A DNA stretch of 64,000 nucleotides from Mytilus trossulus (Eukaryota), in contig NC_086382.1 in assembly GCF_036588685.1 (NCBI RefSeq), positions 38,564,001-38,628,000 of the forward strand. The letters run 5' to 3'. The notes beneath the pieces are model-generated. The model was given only the letters and a program-made list of their open reading frames with translations. It was not told where the DNA came from and ran no database searches. Shown piece after piece: positions 35,081 through 48,868 of the stretch. The translations under genes were made by a program, and so were the position numbers. Each line of letters starts with the position of its first letter. Within the stretch, counting starts at the first letter, position 1.

Positions 35081-38074
35081 TGAATAAGAATATATCAAGT
35101 CAACATCAAAACGACCAGCAGAGAGCTATGGTTTTCGAAAGATTTGAAGGTACTTTCAGAAATTTACATAACGACGTATATATGATGCGTGTCCCGGTTG
35201 TCGCTGATGTTCTGTGAAGAAATATCTGTTTCCAAAAATAGAACTTGTTTTAACTTAAATTGTGTGTTGACGTTGTTTTAATGCACCAAAAGTTTACAAA
35301 AAAAAGAGGATCTGGTATGATTGTCAATGAAACAAATCTCCACAAAAATAACACAGAAATGAACAATTATAGGTCACCGTACTCCATTCAACAATGATCA
35401 AAGCCCATACCGCATAGTAGGTATAAAAGGCCCCGAAATGACAATGTAATACAATTCAAACGAGAAAAAAACGGCCTAATTGGTTTTATTATATATTTAT
35501 TGTACAAATAAAGGCAGCTGTAAACCGAAGTTGGAAAGAGAAAAAAAAATCCGGGTTATAAACTAAAATCGATCAAAACTATAAGAGGAAAAAAAACGAA
35601 AGAAAAAAAAACCCCAAGGAACACTGACATGTTACAAAAACAAAAGCAATGTTGGATGTAAGATGTGTTATGATTAATAACTAAGTCTAAGATGCACGAT
35701 TGGATGTACAAGTACTCGGCCACGTTCATACATTAGATTGTTGGTTTTCCTGTTTGAATGGCTTTACACTAGTAATTTTAATAGTTTGTTGTTCTATGCG
35801 AGTCAAGGGTCCTTGCTGAAGGCCGTACCTTGACCTATAATGGTTCAATGTTATAAATTGTTACTTGGATGGAAAGTGGTCTCATTGGCACTCATTCCTC
35901 ATCTTCCTACATCTATTGATATATGTAAACATGTATATCTATATGTAGAGATGATATATAATGCTATTTAAAGTTACTAGCACTTGATTTTATTTAACGA
36001 TCTTATTTTTTTTTGGATATAAAAAGTAAAAACACAAAAATACTAAACTCCGAGGAAAATTCAAAATCAAAATTCCAAACACATCAAACGAATGGATAAC
36101 AACTGTCATATTCCTGACTTAGTACAGGCATTTTCTAATGTAGAAAATGGTGGATTGAATGGTGGAAAAAAGAAGATGTGTGAGACAACTTTCCGCAAGA
36201 GACATTATTTAATTTGTTCGTTACTTCTTTATTTTATTTCATAGTTTACTTTGTTAATTAGGGGGAAAAGATAACAACAAGAAGGTAAAGATACTAGACT
36301 CGTTATTTTTCCCCCTGGTTTTCGTAACGATCATTGGTTTGTGATGCGCAACATACATACAATCATAAAAAATAATATCTTCAATAACTAGATTCGTGCA
36401 AAATTTGATTAATTTCCAGACGCATATGCAAGGTTTGAAATAAATCGTTATCATTGAATACACCTGCTTTTTTATACACATATGTTTATTTGGCTACAAT
36501 TGGACAGCCTTCATAAATTTTTTCAACCAAACTAATTTATGAGCATGTTACCATCACGTCACTTAAATAATTGTTAAACTGTTTACATGTTTAATGTTAT
36601 TGAAGCCTTTTCTCTGGCTAATTAAATACATATTAATTTAAGATTGCAATCCTTTTTTCGTATCATTTCGACATTCTTTCTTTTTTAACCTCATACTGTA
36701 CACAGAAAACAATGCATGTACAAACAAGTCTTATTTTATGAGAAAAATAGTTTATGACAGACGGTTGCTGTGTACATTAGTCAAGAAAAAAACAAATTCA
36801 AACAATTTTACGTTTTCTTTCAAGTATTCTCTCAGTTTTGGTTTGTATCCCGAATTTGTTTCTTTTCTATCGAACAGTGGTTATTACTGTTGCCCATTTT
36901 TATACTTTGAACAAACAGTTACAATAGGAGAACCATTTTATTTTAAAAAAAAATATAGCAGTAGCATTTACATGAGTAGCATGTACAAATTCTATTTAAA
37001 TTTTGTATCTTTTCACTTTAAAGAATGGTTGATTCAAAAGGGATTTGAAAAAAGATTTTCCTAATTGTGGATCTTCATACACGCTAAACAAAATTAAACT
37101 CAAACGTTTTAAAATAGATAACATATACACTAAGGGGAAATATCTATATAAATGCAATCTCTTTTTTTATCCTTTGCGATAATATATCCGCAGAATTTGT
37201 AAATTGTCAAAAACTAATTTTGAAACGACTATATATACTGTACAAGCCATTTGCTAGTCGAATATCAGTCCCCAAAAGTATCGTAAGCCTAGCAGTATTG
37301 ACATGATTAATAACAAAATTTGTAAAATTGTTATTTGTTAAGACATTTACATTGATAAAGAAGCTAAGGCTTTGACTATCTCAGACAAAGTTGACCTTTT
37401 CTCGATTAGCTATATAAGTTTGTATCGTCCTTTAAGAGCATACTACTCTTCGTCATTTCAGTTTTTTATACATCTTTAGCTTACAAATTCGGCGATGTGA
37501 CATTCGATCATTATACATATTCATGCTCCTAAATATTGACTAGTTTGTAGAATGCTCAGTATTATCAAGTAGTAAATTGGATTTACATAACTAAATTGCT
37601 TTTGTAATGTCAATAGAACTGTTATGTAAATCGAGTGGTCTGGACTTAGTGTAATGCTATTAGAATATGTTTGTGTAATAGCCATAATTAAAGAATGAAT
37701 GTCTACAAGTTTTACATTTTCATATCAGGGCCTTTTATAATAAAAAATGCGGTATGAGCTTTGCGAATTGTTGAAGGCCGTACGGTTCTAAAGTTATTAA
37801 TATCTGTGTCGCGGTACTTATCTATCCCAAATTCAGGTATTTGGTTTTGATGTTATATTTGTTATTCTCATAGGATTTTGTCTAATGCGTAGTTCGCTTC
37901 TGTGTGTGTTACATTTTAATGTTGTGCCGTTGTTCTCCTCTAATATTTAATTCGTTTCCCTCAACTTTAGTCTGTTACCCCGATTTTTCCCCCATGGATT
38001 TATGAGTTTATAAATAAAATAACAATTTTTTGAAAACATCAAAGTTTGTATGTAAATTTGTTATGATAAATATA

Positions 38075-38505
38075 AAAAAGAAGATGTGTATGATTGCCAA
38101 TGAGACAACTATCCACACAAATCACTATGACACAAACATTAACAGCTATAGGTAACCGTACGGCCTTCAACAATGGGCAAAGCCCATACCGCATAGTCAG
38201 CTATAAAAAGCCCCGATAAGAAAATGTAAAACAATTCAAACGAGAAAACTAACGGCCTTATTTATGTAAAAAAAATAACGAAAAACAAATATGTAACACT
38301 TAAACAAACGACAACCACTGAATTACAGGCTCCTGACTTGGGACAGGCACATACATAAATAATGTGGCGGGGTTAAACATGTTAGCGAGATCCCAACCCT
38401 TCCCCTAACCTGGGACAGTGGTATAACAGTACAACATAAGAACAAACTATACAGATCAGTTGAAAAAGCTTAACACATCAGATAGACAAAAAATAAAAGT
38501 GGAAA
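38075..38505 (-). mobile_element. Family B = 3' tail of the PLE at 52558-54555
   Basis: Near reverse complement of 54150-54555; older copies at 33716-34050, 35305-35480 and 56170-56345. Confidence 0.75.
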
Positions 38506-38563
38506 CTTATTAACGATACCTGGCTTATAATTTGATATGCAAGATTTGCGCGCTTCAACTATA

Positions 38564-39650
38564 CACATGAAAAAAAGTATTGCAACACCTTGATTTTTTA
38601 AAACTTAAAAAATCAGCTTCTTATTTTAAATGGAATATGATAAAATATTTGTAAAATGATATTTAAACATTGCCATTCAAACGTACAAATTTACTGTACT
38701 TTTACTGTAGTCAGACATTTCAAAATTAATCTTAAGATGATTGTTTACATCATAGTTGCTCGTTATACGCCAAAGAATAAGAACTTTGTGCGCAGCCTTT
38801 ATTCAAACGGATAACCGCCTCTTAATGTCTTCTGATTCCTGCCATAAATCGACTAATTTGTTGCTAAGGTAGCAGCAACCATTTCTGATGAAGGGCATTT
38901 TTAATTTCATGACGTGTTTAAACTGGTGTGTCCTTTCGCACACTTTACGCCCAACAGTGTCCCATATATGCTCTATATGGTTCAAATCCGGGATTCGATC
39001 GGGCCAAGGAAGATAAACAGAATTCCATTGGAACAATGGATCTTCTTCCAAGATAATAAATTCTCACTTTGGCGAGCTCTGCACTACATTGGATACGGAC
39101 AACTGTGTGTCTGTTCGTAGGCAAAGGTCCCCGAAATGGTCTTATCGAACGATAACCAGTAGCTCCTGTATGGCTTCCACTCTCTTTTTAGGATTGTATT
39201 GTATGCAATGGGTTTCCTTCTGACCATGCTTCATTATGCTTGTTTTCCCCTAGCAGATGGTGTAGGGGTCTTCTTGATCTCGAAAGGTCTTTAACATCGT
39301 TGATTGACTGATGTATATTCTCAAAACGACTTATAGTGGAATGGTGATGACCAACAATACGTGCGATTGTCACAGCGACATACCTGCTTTTCTGATGTTG
39401 ATAATATGCCATCTTGCTGCAGTTTAGAATTGTGGAGAACCCATTTCAAGGTGTCAATCACATAACTTTATCTACTTGGTTATTTAAAGTGTTGAAAACA
39501 ATGAGGATAAAAACGTCTGTTTTGCTGTTTACGGGTACAGTAGCTGCATGTGCAGATAATAACTTATCGAGTCGTTGATATGTATTGCTTAAACTCAGGT
39601 GATAAATAATGTTTGATTAGTTCTATTTTAACAAATTATATCACAAAAAA
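38564..39650 (-). mobile_element. Degenerate Tc1/mariner transposon
   Basis: PWPDRIPDLNHIEHIWD (WPxxSPDLNPIEHxW motif); N-terminal HTH IARIVGHHHSTISR...RSRRP; TA-CACATGAAAAAAAGTATTGCAACAC terminus; internal deletion and frameshifts. Confidence 0.85.
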
Positions 39651-40378
39651 TAAAGAGTGTGTCTTTGATTTTAATTTCAAACTCATCGGTGGCGCTCGAA
39701 TCAAAACAAAAACTAACAGACGCATAACCCGGAAAAAAAGGATTGTCCACAGTGTCAAATGTTATTGGGTCGACTCTTTTGACGTGTTTGTTTACCCTCA
39801 GCTGGTTTTTTGTCAACAAAATGCACTGAATAAGTATTTTGCATGTTGGTATTCTGTTTAAGTTTAAATTTTATTGTTGATATACCGCTATCAGATAAAT
39901 TGTAAATTGAAGTTTGAATCTTATTAGATAACAGTCAATTACGTAGGTATTTCTGTTTTCTGTTTTTTGATAAGAGTGTGTTATAAATTATTAGTAATTG
40001 AATTCAAAACATTAATATGATGTAAACTTTTATCCATATTATATAATTCTATATTTAGTAGTTTAAGTTAAATTCTCTGTAGAATTGATAGACTTAACGG
40101 CTTTAGTATGACAAACCAAGTTTCGCATAGCAGTGCTGTTTTTATCTGAAACGGTACCACTTTTAACTATAAGTACCATTAGCTATGCAAAAGCTTAAAT
40201 ATTTGTTTGTAATTAGTCGATTTTTACATCTTGTTTTAACGGTGTGCTTTTACGTAGGAATCTGTAATAAAGAGGAAGGTTAAGCGTTCACACATATATT
40301 TTGATTTTTGCTACATCCTTAGTGTGAACGTCAGGCGTATGTAGACTACTATGGAATAATTGATTTTCGTGAGTACCA

Positions 40379-40959
40379 AGGAGAAGGTTCAGTAAGACCA
40401 CTGTTTGGTCCCAAAATACAGCAGTTTTACAAAATTGTGAAAATGTAATCTTTTAGCTAATTATGGGAAACAAGAATGGCTCTGCTACACAAATATGGGA
40501 TTTTTTTTTTACAATATAATGTACATATATCGGGTACTAACATCATTAAGTCATGCTAAATTACTGAAATCTTCACATTTTTAGCATTTTAGTAATATTT
40601 TAGACGGTTTTCGGCTTGAATGAAAGTAGCTGCATTCATGTTCATTCATAATATTAAAATGTAAGTTGTATTTGATGATAATACATAACATATATAAAGG
40701 TTGAGGATGAACACAGATACGGCCACATTAATTTTTGACAAAAAACATCGGAAAAGGGACTATTTTTTTGCATATCTGATAGATTTTTCATATTTTAGCT
40801 TGAATCTGAGCGTTATTAATGACTTTATCAGTTAAAATCTTTCACATAAACTAATTGAATCAATTGAAATAAACACTTAAAAGTGTCCAAAATATTGATT
40901 AGATGGTTAGATGAACCTGAAATTTGAGGCCAAAATCGACCCTTACCGGACCTACTCCT
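40379..40959. mobile_element. MITE with ~37-bp imperfect TIRs
   Basis: AGGAGAAGGTTCAGTAAGACC...TTTGGTCCCAAA versus the reverse complement of tttgaggccaaaatcgacccttaccggacctactcct. Confidence 0.7.
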
Positions 40960-42479
40960 AAAACTAAGAAACATGATTTTAGCTATTTAAATGTATCTTG
41001 GCTTTAAAAATATTCTTTTTAAACATTTACAATGAAGATGCATTGGAGACCAAGAAAAGCGCTAATTGTCATTAACTTTGCTATTAATTTTGTATTCGAA
41101 CTATGTTGATTCCATTACCAATGCTTAGTATCATATAGACTAAGCGTTGCATCTCCTTAACAATTTTCTGATGTCTAAAGTGTACATACAAATACATAAT
41201 GAACTGATTTTACATAATTTCGGCAAATTGAAACAAAAAACACTTGTAAATTAACGTATTGAATGGCAGGTGATTAGCGTAACCGTGAACGATCAATTTG
41301 ATTGCTATACAAATAGGCAGACTAATCTAATTATATCTGCAACAGCATTATATAAGATAAAAGAAGTAAACACAGGTTAAATTTTGTATATAATTCACGC
41401 AATTACGTCACAAAAACGTATCATTTGTACTATAAACGTTTTTTACTTGTCAGAATTACTATGTTTTTAGTTCAAATGATCTTTTTCTTATGCAATAAAA
41501 GAAATAATACATTTTATGTTTTTTTCCACCTGTTAAATATTGTAACACGAAACGGATTATCGTTTGATGATTTCATTATTCTCACATCATCAGAGAAAAA
41601 CATGTTTACATTAACTTTGGTAATCATGGTAATGAATACTTATATCACAATACTAAGTATATAATGTTTGAAGATTTACTAAATTGACACTGTTGCATAT
41701 AGTATTATTGTGTGTGATCACAAATGTTTTCAAAGAAAAAAACAACCTTCATAAAGTGAAAGTAAACATAGAAAAAAGCGTATAGTAGAGGAGTGGTACA
41801 AATGATAACGATACATATTTTTATCATATTCTTAATTTGTTGTTTTCGTATAATGCAACAATCATAGTAACTATTATTCTCAAGTGAAACTTGTACCGTC
41901 AAACCCCCTGTAGTCACCTTTTGGCAATTGATGCAACTCATATTGATAAAACACGTGAAAAATCACTCACAGCCGTCACTTATTATTTATTTATATGTAT
42001 AAAAAGTAGATTATGATTATGAAAAGCATATAAGAAGAATATGTCAACATATCAGCAATGCATGCGTTAACCATGCAAATACGTGACTGTCAGTTCGTCA
42101 GTCTTTATTTTACAACACAACTGTCCAGTCTATATATTTCGCTATCGATCGTTTAACATAATAAGGACACTGACCAATTAGAAGCGCAAAATAGTTCCAG
42201 CTATCTGTTTACAAAACAGTTATTATATTACCAATGTTTGTAAATATACGTTTACAATAGAAAAAACTGTTTTACTTGGTAAGTAATAAAACAAAAATTG
42301 TTTTTTTTATGTTCGACATTTTTCGATGAATATTTAACTTAGTGCATGTGTATATACATATTGTTCATTTTCTGTTTGTTAATTTATAAACGAATTTATT
42401 TATTATAATTTACGAATTGAAAATGATAAATTAAAGAGGAGGAGTGAATAGAATACTTTTAACACACAAAGAAGTTACG

Positions 42480-42836
42480 CGATTTTTACGGACGCCATCA
42501 CGAGTTGGTTACTTGGTTTGAAATATCCGTTCTACAGATGGTAGCGGACAAATCCCGTCTCGTTTTATTTTCATGAATGTTACCTACCAAAGTATACTTT
42601 TTACCTGGTTTGTAAGAGCAACCCGACGGGTCCCAAAAGATCTGCCTATCCTTCCTGCACACCTGAGTTCAACTCCAGTTTGTGATTGGATTCGTGTTGC
42701 TCGGTTTTCAGCTTTTTACATTGTGTTATGTGTACTATTGTCCGTCTGTTAGTCTTTATATCTTTTAGCCATGTCGTTGTCAGCTTAGTTTAGACTTATA
42801 CGTTTGAATGTGGCATTGACATCTTTCGTCTCTTTT
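42480..42836 (+). mobile_element. PLE RT C-terminus (FYGRHHELV) plus family C tail
   Basis: ttttacggacgccatcacgagttggtt = FYGRHHELV, followed by a tail ending tctttcgtctctttt. Confidence 0.65.
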
Positions 42837-42868
42837 ATATGAATCTGGAAATTGCGAAAACGTTTTCA

Positions 42869-43108
42869 ATAAAATTGAGAATGGAAATGGGGAATGTGTC
42901 AAAGAGACAACAACCCGACCAAATGAAAAAAAACAACAGCAGAAGGTCACCAACAGGTCTTCAATGTAGCGAGAAATTCCCGCACCGGAGGCGCCCTTCA
43001 GCTGGCCCCTAAACAAATATATACTAGTTCAGTGATAATGAACGCCATACTAATTTCCAAATTGTACACAAGAAACTAAAATTAAAATAATACAAGACTA
43101 ACAAAGGC
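42869..43108 (-). mobile_element. Family A repeat
   Basis: High identity to 59603-59865. Confidence 0.75.
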
Positions 43109-43977
43109 AATTTCAAATTAATGTCAATCTTATTGACAAATGAGCCATATTCCATATAGAAAGTTAAGACCAGACAGTTCACTTGTAGTGTCCCTACACT
43201 ATAACGTCTCAAATAAATCGACATTTTTCATATTTGATCTTACACGGACTGCTAAACCAGGTGGAACTACTAGATAATTCTTAACATTCAGTGAGAACTG
43301 CTAGATAGTACTTAACATTCAGTGAGAACTGCTTGATAATACTTTACATTGATTGCAAACTAAAAAAATATGTAAGTTTTCGTCATATGACACTGCAGAA
43401 TGATAATGGCTGAATGACTTAATGGTTAATAGACTTCACTAATCGGTGTCTATAAAAATGAAAGCAACACGTCATACATTATTTTCGTCTGAAGTGTTTG
43501 TTGTAACATTTACCTTTTCCAGGAACGCTCAAAGTAGAATATTTATAAGCCAATGATGTGTAACTGATTGAATTATACTCTAGGGGAATGATAGTCCATC
43601 GGCTGAGGACTAAAAGTAAAATATCGTTTCTTGTTATTATTTCTTTTATAAGGGATGTTCCGTTTTGAATTTCCTTCAGAGTTTGGTATTTTGGTGATAT
43701 AACTTTTATCTAATAAGTGTTTCACAATTAAAACTAATAGGTTATTCTAAAATATTTCATGGAATAAAAAAGTAAGTGTAATTATATAGATTTATGTTTT
43801 CTTTAATGCATTTTCTATCGATTCTGATAGAAAGTTGGAATAACATGTCGTTTAAAAAGTTACATGCTTAAATATTCTTAAATAGAATGTTCATGCTATA
43901 AGGCGTTTTATATCACTAATAATTAAAAATAAGTACTTCAGTGGTTTGAGATTGTAACACAGTGAGGGCTGCTGTTG

Positions 43978-44325
43978 AGTTGATTGACCGTTATGGAATT
44001 TCAGATATGTTCCTTACTTCGTAACTACAATCCCCTTCCCTTTCATGAATGTGACCTACCGAATTAGACTATTTATCGGAATTTTTTATCACATAAGCAA
44101 CACGACGGGTGCCACTTGTGGATCAGGATCTGCTTACCCTTCCGGAGCACTTGAGATCACCCTAGTTTTTGGTGGGATTCGTGTTGCTTATTCTTTAGTT
44201 TTCTATGTTGTGTCATGTGTACTATTGTTTGTCTGTTTGTCTTTTTAAATTTTTAGCCATGGCCTTGTCAGTTTATTTTCGATTAATGAGTATGACTGTC
44301 CCTCTGGTATCTTTCGTCCCTCTTC
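43978..44325 (+). mobile_element. Family C PLE 3' end
   Basis: gttgattgaccgttatggaat...cttacccttccggagcac...ctttcgtccctctt; reverse copy at 46143-46372. Confidence 0.7.
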
Positions 44326-45439
44326 TATACCCAGAAATTGACTTTTATTTATCATGTGTGTTTTGTTCACGCATCGTTGTAAATATAGCTGAGTTTAATG
44401 TGACTGTCATATAAGTGAGAGGTTTAGCGCTATAAAACCAGGTTTAATCCAGCATTTCTACATTTTAAATGCATGTTACAAATCAGTAATATAACAGTTG
44501 TTTTCCATTTGTTTGATGTGCTTTGTCATTTCATTTTCCCTTAGAATTTCCTCGGAGTTCTGTATATTTGTGATTTTACTTTTTTTTTTAAAGAATAGTC
44601 ACATGCTTTATGCTACTGATACTCTTTCGAATGGTTCTTATATATAACCTGTAAATCCCTTGCATAAAACATGATAGAAAACGTCAAATTGTTTGAAGTT
44701 TGAAGTTGCTTCATTTCTTGGCAAATGTGCGCAGCAAACATTTGTTATTTGACATCTTTCTTAAAAAGAAACGCAATGTCATTTTGTTTTGTATCCATTT
44801 TTTTCTCACTGTTTTATTTGTTTCTTTTAATTTGTACAGAATGAGATTTATGAAGAAGGTATGGCGAAATGATACAACAAATATTGGAACTGATCGTTGT
44901 GTTTATAAAACAAAATAATCTTCAACATACAAACGGTATTAGTAACCCTTCAAATAATTTGATCACACGTGTTTGAAACAAACATGTACAGATGTTGTGT
45001 ACTTTAATAGATAGACAAAACTTTTACATGACTCGGTGCCTATTTAATTCAGAACTAGTGTTTTAATGTCAGGTTATAGAACCAACATATATCTGTTCCG
45101 AATTTGCATTCTATTTCGAAATTTTAAAGATGCGATAGAATATAAATAAATAAAAAAAACCAAATGTATCAACTGGTTTACAAAATATGACCAACAGCCA
45201 ATTTTCAAGAATATTTTTGCTTGCAAAATTCAAACAAATCTGTAAACTGTCAATTCATAGTTATTTGCCTTGATAGACCCATTTTAAATATGTCTATTCT
45301 TTTCCAAAAAACTTTGTTTTCTAATCATCAATTCAATTTGAAAAACAAAAGAATCTTTTGCTAGGATATTACCGAATAATACATCACTGTGTTCTTTTTT
45401 TGTGACATAGTGTAACACTTATAATAGAAGCAATAAGTC

Positions 45440-45720
45440 ATGTGCTGACATGAATAATCATTGATATGGTTATATTTATAAATTAACTGATTACAAAATT
45501 TAGAAATTTTGAAATAGTAAGGCTTTTTTACATCAGGCATAGTTACATTAGCTGGATTTTGCAAAAAATCTTTAGGAATTTTTGTCATTATGCTCTTCAA
45601 CTTCGTACTTTATTTCGCCTTTTTTTTACCTTTTTGGGTTCGAGCGTCCCTGGTGAGGCTTTTGTAGAAGAAACGCGCGTCTGGCGTATATACAAAATTT
45701 AGTCTAGGATGAGTTTATTC
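45440..45720 (+). mobile_element. Decayed retrozyme unit with a mutated hammerhead
   Basis: gagcgtccCTGGTGAggcttttgtagaaGAAACgcgcGTCtggcgt at ~45642-45687. Confidence 0.7.
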
Positions 45721-48547
45721 ACTATGCGATGTCTGCAATCCATCACCAAAAAATTTAAAAACAGTCTTTCTCCTATTTGAGTTCCAACAATGAAATACAT
45801 GTTTGATGTGCTGATAGGTACATACTCACAAATATATATAGCCATTTACTTTTACACATTGATTAATAACTACAGGTTATGTAAATTAACAAAAAAATAA
45901 AAAAAGTAAAACAAATCAAGGTAAAGGACAGACACCGAGGGAACTGCTGTAACTCTCAAAAGAGTGTGACATGGTGTATTGACAGGATTAGCGTATCTTT
46001 AATGAACGTATCACCCTTCACGCAAATGTTGAATAGAACACAATCAGTGAATTTACTGGTAAACTACGGTTTGAGTCAGTTTCAAGTATGAAAAATAGCT
46101 ACGATTTATTTCATCGATTAAAAGCGTTTCGTTTTGTAAAAGAAGAGAGGGACGAAAGATACTAAAGGGACAGTCAAACTCATAAATCTAAAACAAACTG
46201 ACAACCCCATGGCTAAAAATGAAAAAGACAAACAGAAAAACAATAATACACATGACACAACATAGAAAATAAAGAATAAACAGCACGAACCCCACCAAAA
46301 ACTAGGGGTGATCTCATGTGCTCCGGAAGGGTAAGCAGATCATGCTCAAACATGTGGCACCTGTCGTGTTGATGTAAATTTTGTAAATTTTATAGACTTT
46401 CCCTTTTTTATTTGTTACCGAATTTCGTATTTTTGTTAATATGTAGTTTGCGCTAGGAAGTTGAGACACCGACACGTTGTATCGGTTAATCATATAATGA
46501 TATAACACTATTGTATTGTGTTTATTTATGTCTAATTGAAAATAGAGTCAATGCAGAATAATAAATCTTTAAAAAAGGTTAAAACATTTAGTTTTCAAAC
46601 ATTCAAACACATAAATATGCACGGGACAATCATATCCAATATTTATCACAATTTTTTTTATAACGAATTTCCATGAAAACATATACGTTATATAGCTTAT
46701 ATAAAACAACAAATTTAAAGAATTGCCGCCTTTTCTTGCTTTTCATTTACCTCTTTTATCTTTTTTTGTTTTGAAAAGTACGTGTTTAGAAGTGCGAAGA
46801 TGTCTACAAGCTATACTTGCAATCACCTCTAGGGGTTCGTGTTGGTTTTTTTACCCCTATTTGTGACATTTTGTGCACGTACATTGTCAATATAATGGAA
46901 TTTGCTGCGACTGTTGTACAAGTGAAAGGTTTAGCCCTATAAAACCATGTTCAATCCACCGTTTTCTACATTTGGAAAAACATGTACCAAGTTAAGAATA
47001 TGACAGTTGTTGTCCATTTCTTTGATGTGTTTTATCATTTGATTTTGTTATTTGATAAGCAACTTTCCGTTTTGAATTTTCCTCGGTATTCAGTATTTTT
47101 GTGATTTAATTTTTTTCATCGGAATATACTAAACTTCTGTTTAATCCAAATACATGTAATCGTCCATTTTCCATGCGTGCTCTTCTTTCATAGTTTATGA
47201 CCAAATACGACCCGTTCTTTTTTCCTTACACGATAAGTTCGATTAAAATCCGATAGTGGGCACGTTTTGGTACGTCTTTTGAAGTTGCGTTTTATTTTTT
47301 AACTAATCTTTATCGGTTCGGTGCTTCCCTTAAATAAATTTAGTTATATTACCGCGTCCTTTAGCTACGTATTTGATGTACTCGTTTATCTTAGTTGCTA
47401 GAGAGGTAAACTTACGTTATACCTCATGTTATGTTACTATTGCATTTGTTGTCTTCATACTATGTTTCTCATATGAGAATCATTAATACTAAGTGTATAT
47501 ACATGAAAGCTAACGTAAGGTTTTTTGATGTTGTATATGTTATTAGCGAATGTACGCAGCAAACTTGTGTCATAAAATATTTTTTGTGCAGTGCCAAGGA
47601 ATATCTATTTTTTCTTACTCTTTGAAATATCGTTTAATGGGTATAGTACGATGCTAATAAACAAAGAATGGCAAAATGATACATTTGATCGTCATGTTAA
47701 TAAATCCAAAAACAAATCTCCATAAAAACGGTATAAGTATAACATCAAATTATTTGACCTCACGTGTTTGAAGCACACATACATGTATATTTCATGAAAT
47801 AGAAAAAAAAACCACAAACCATTAACACGACTCATACAAAATGTGGTGCCCATGTTGATTTAAAACATGTCCGTTGAATGTTTTCAAGATCAGGTTAAGG
47901 TAAATATATTATATCTTAGATACTTTACCCTGTTTGCAAACAATGTCGCCATTTTAAGATGAAACAGAAAGAAGAAAAAAATACGAATGTATCAAATTGT
48001 TTTAAACAAAATATGACATAACATTAATTTTGAAATGAAATGTGTAAAACAAAACAAAAAAAAAAACAAAAAAACTGTGACATCTTCAATTAATGATATT
48101 TCTTGACTTTGATATAACTATTCTGTTTTTGTTTCATTCCGTTCGAAAACAAAATTCAATTTGATTTTTGAAAGCATTCTAATTTGAATAAATAGAACGT
48201 TTGCACTGATAGTTCATACTCATTCATCAATCTCATTTGTTTTTGACATAGGTTAACACTTACTTACTGGTTAAAGAAGCAATTAGTCACTATGTGATGT
48301 CTGCAATCCATGCATTCTTTACCTAGGAATTCATAAACAATATGTTTCTTATTTGAGTTCTTGCAATTAATAACACCTATGATGTTCTAATTGGTACTTA
48401 ACACTCAAGGATCGCCAATTAGTGTAACTCATTAATTACATACAGGTGACATTCATTTGTTTAAGATAAATTAATGCGACAGTTTTTTTTTCAGATGTTT
48501 TTATCTTATAAATCAATGTTACGAGCAGAAAATGTTGATATCTCATA

Positions 48548-48868
48548 AACTCTCATATGAGCGTGACAAAGTTCAATTCACCTGAACTCCCATATGAGCG
48601 TGACCAGGTCCACTTCACATGAATTCTGATATGAGTGTGACCGGTTACTTATCATATGAACTCTCGTATGAGCGTGACCAGGTTTTCTTCACTTGAACTC
48701 TCAAATGAGCGTGACCGGTTACTTATCATATGAACTCTCATATGTGCGTGACAAGGTACATATCACATGAACTCTCATATGAACGTGACCGGGTTCACAT
48801 CACATAAACTCTCAAATGAGCGTGACCAGTTACATATCACATGAGCTCTCATATGAACGTGATCGGGT
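48548..48868. repeat. ~38-39-bp minisatellite (~8 copies)
   Basis: aactctcatatgagcgtgaccaggt.cat.tcacatg repeated. Confidence 0.9.

Larger units (their letters stand above)
1..48560. repeat. Degenerate tandem segmental duplication (about 5 units plus a partial sixth) of the GTPase exon-1/upstream region
   Basis: Homologous blocks: proximal 1-1800, 12480-13985, 19290-21020, 30880-32260; distal 4220-4700, 14210-15030, 22350-23290, 32292-33030, 41219-42080; further 15290-16900, 23480-24800, 36290-37242 (inverted), 11510-12170; 18890-19260, 25315-25710, 39865-40230; 44590-45960 versus 47420-48450. Confidence 0.8.

Noticed and set aside
48548-48868. CRISPR-like array
   Set aside because: The intervening segments are homologous to each other rather than unique spacers; eukaryotic context and no cas genes.
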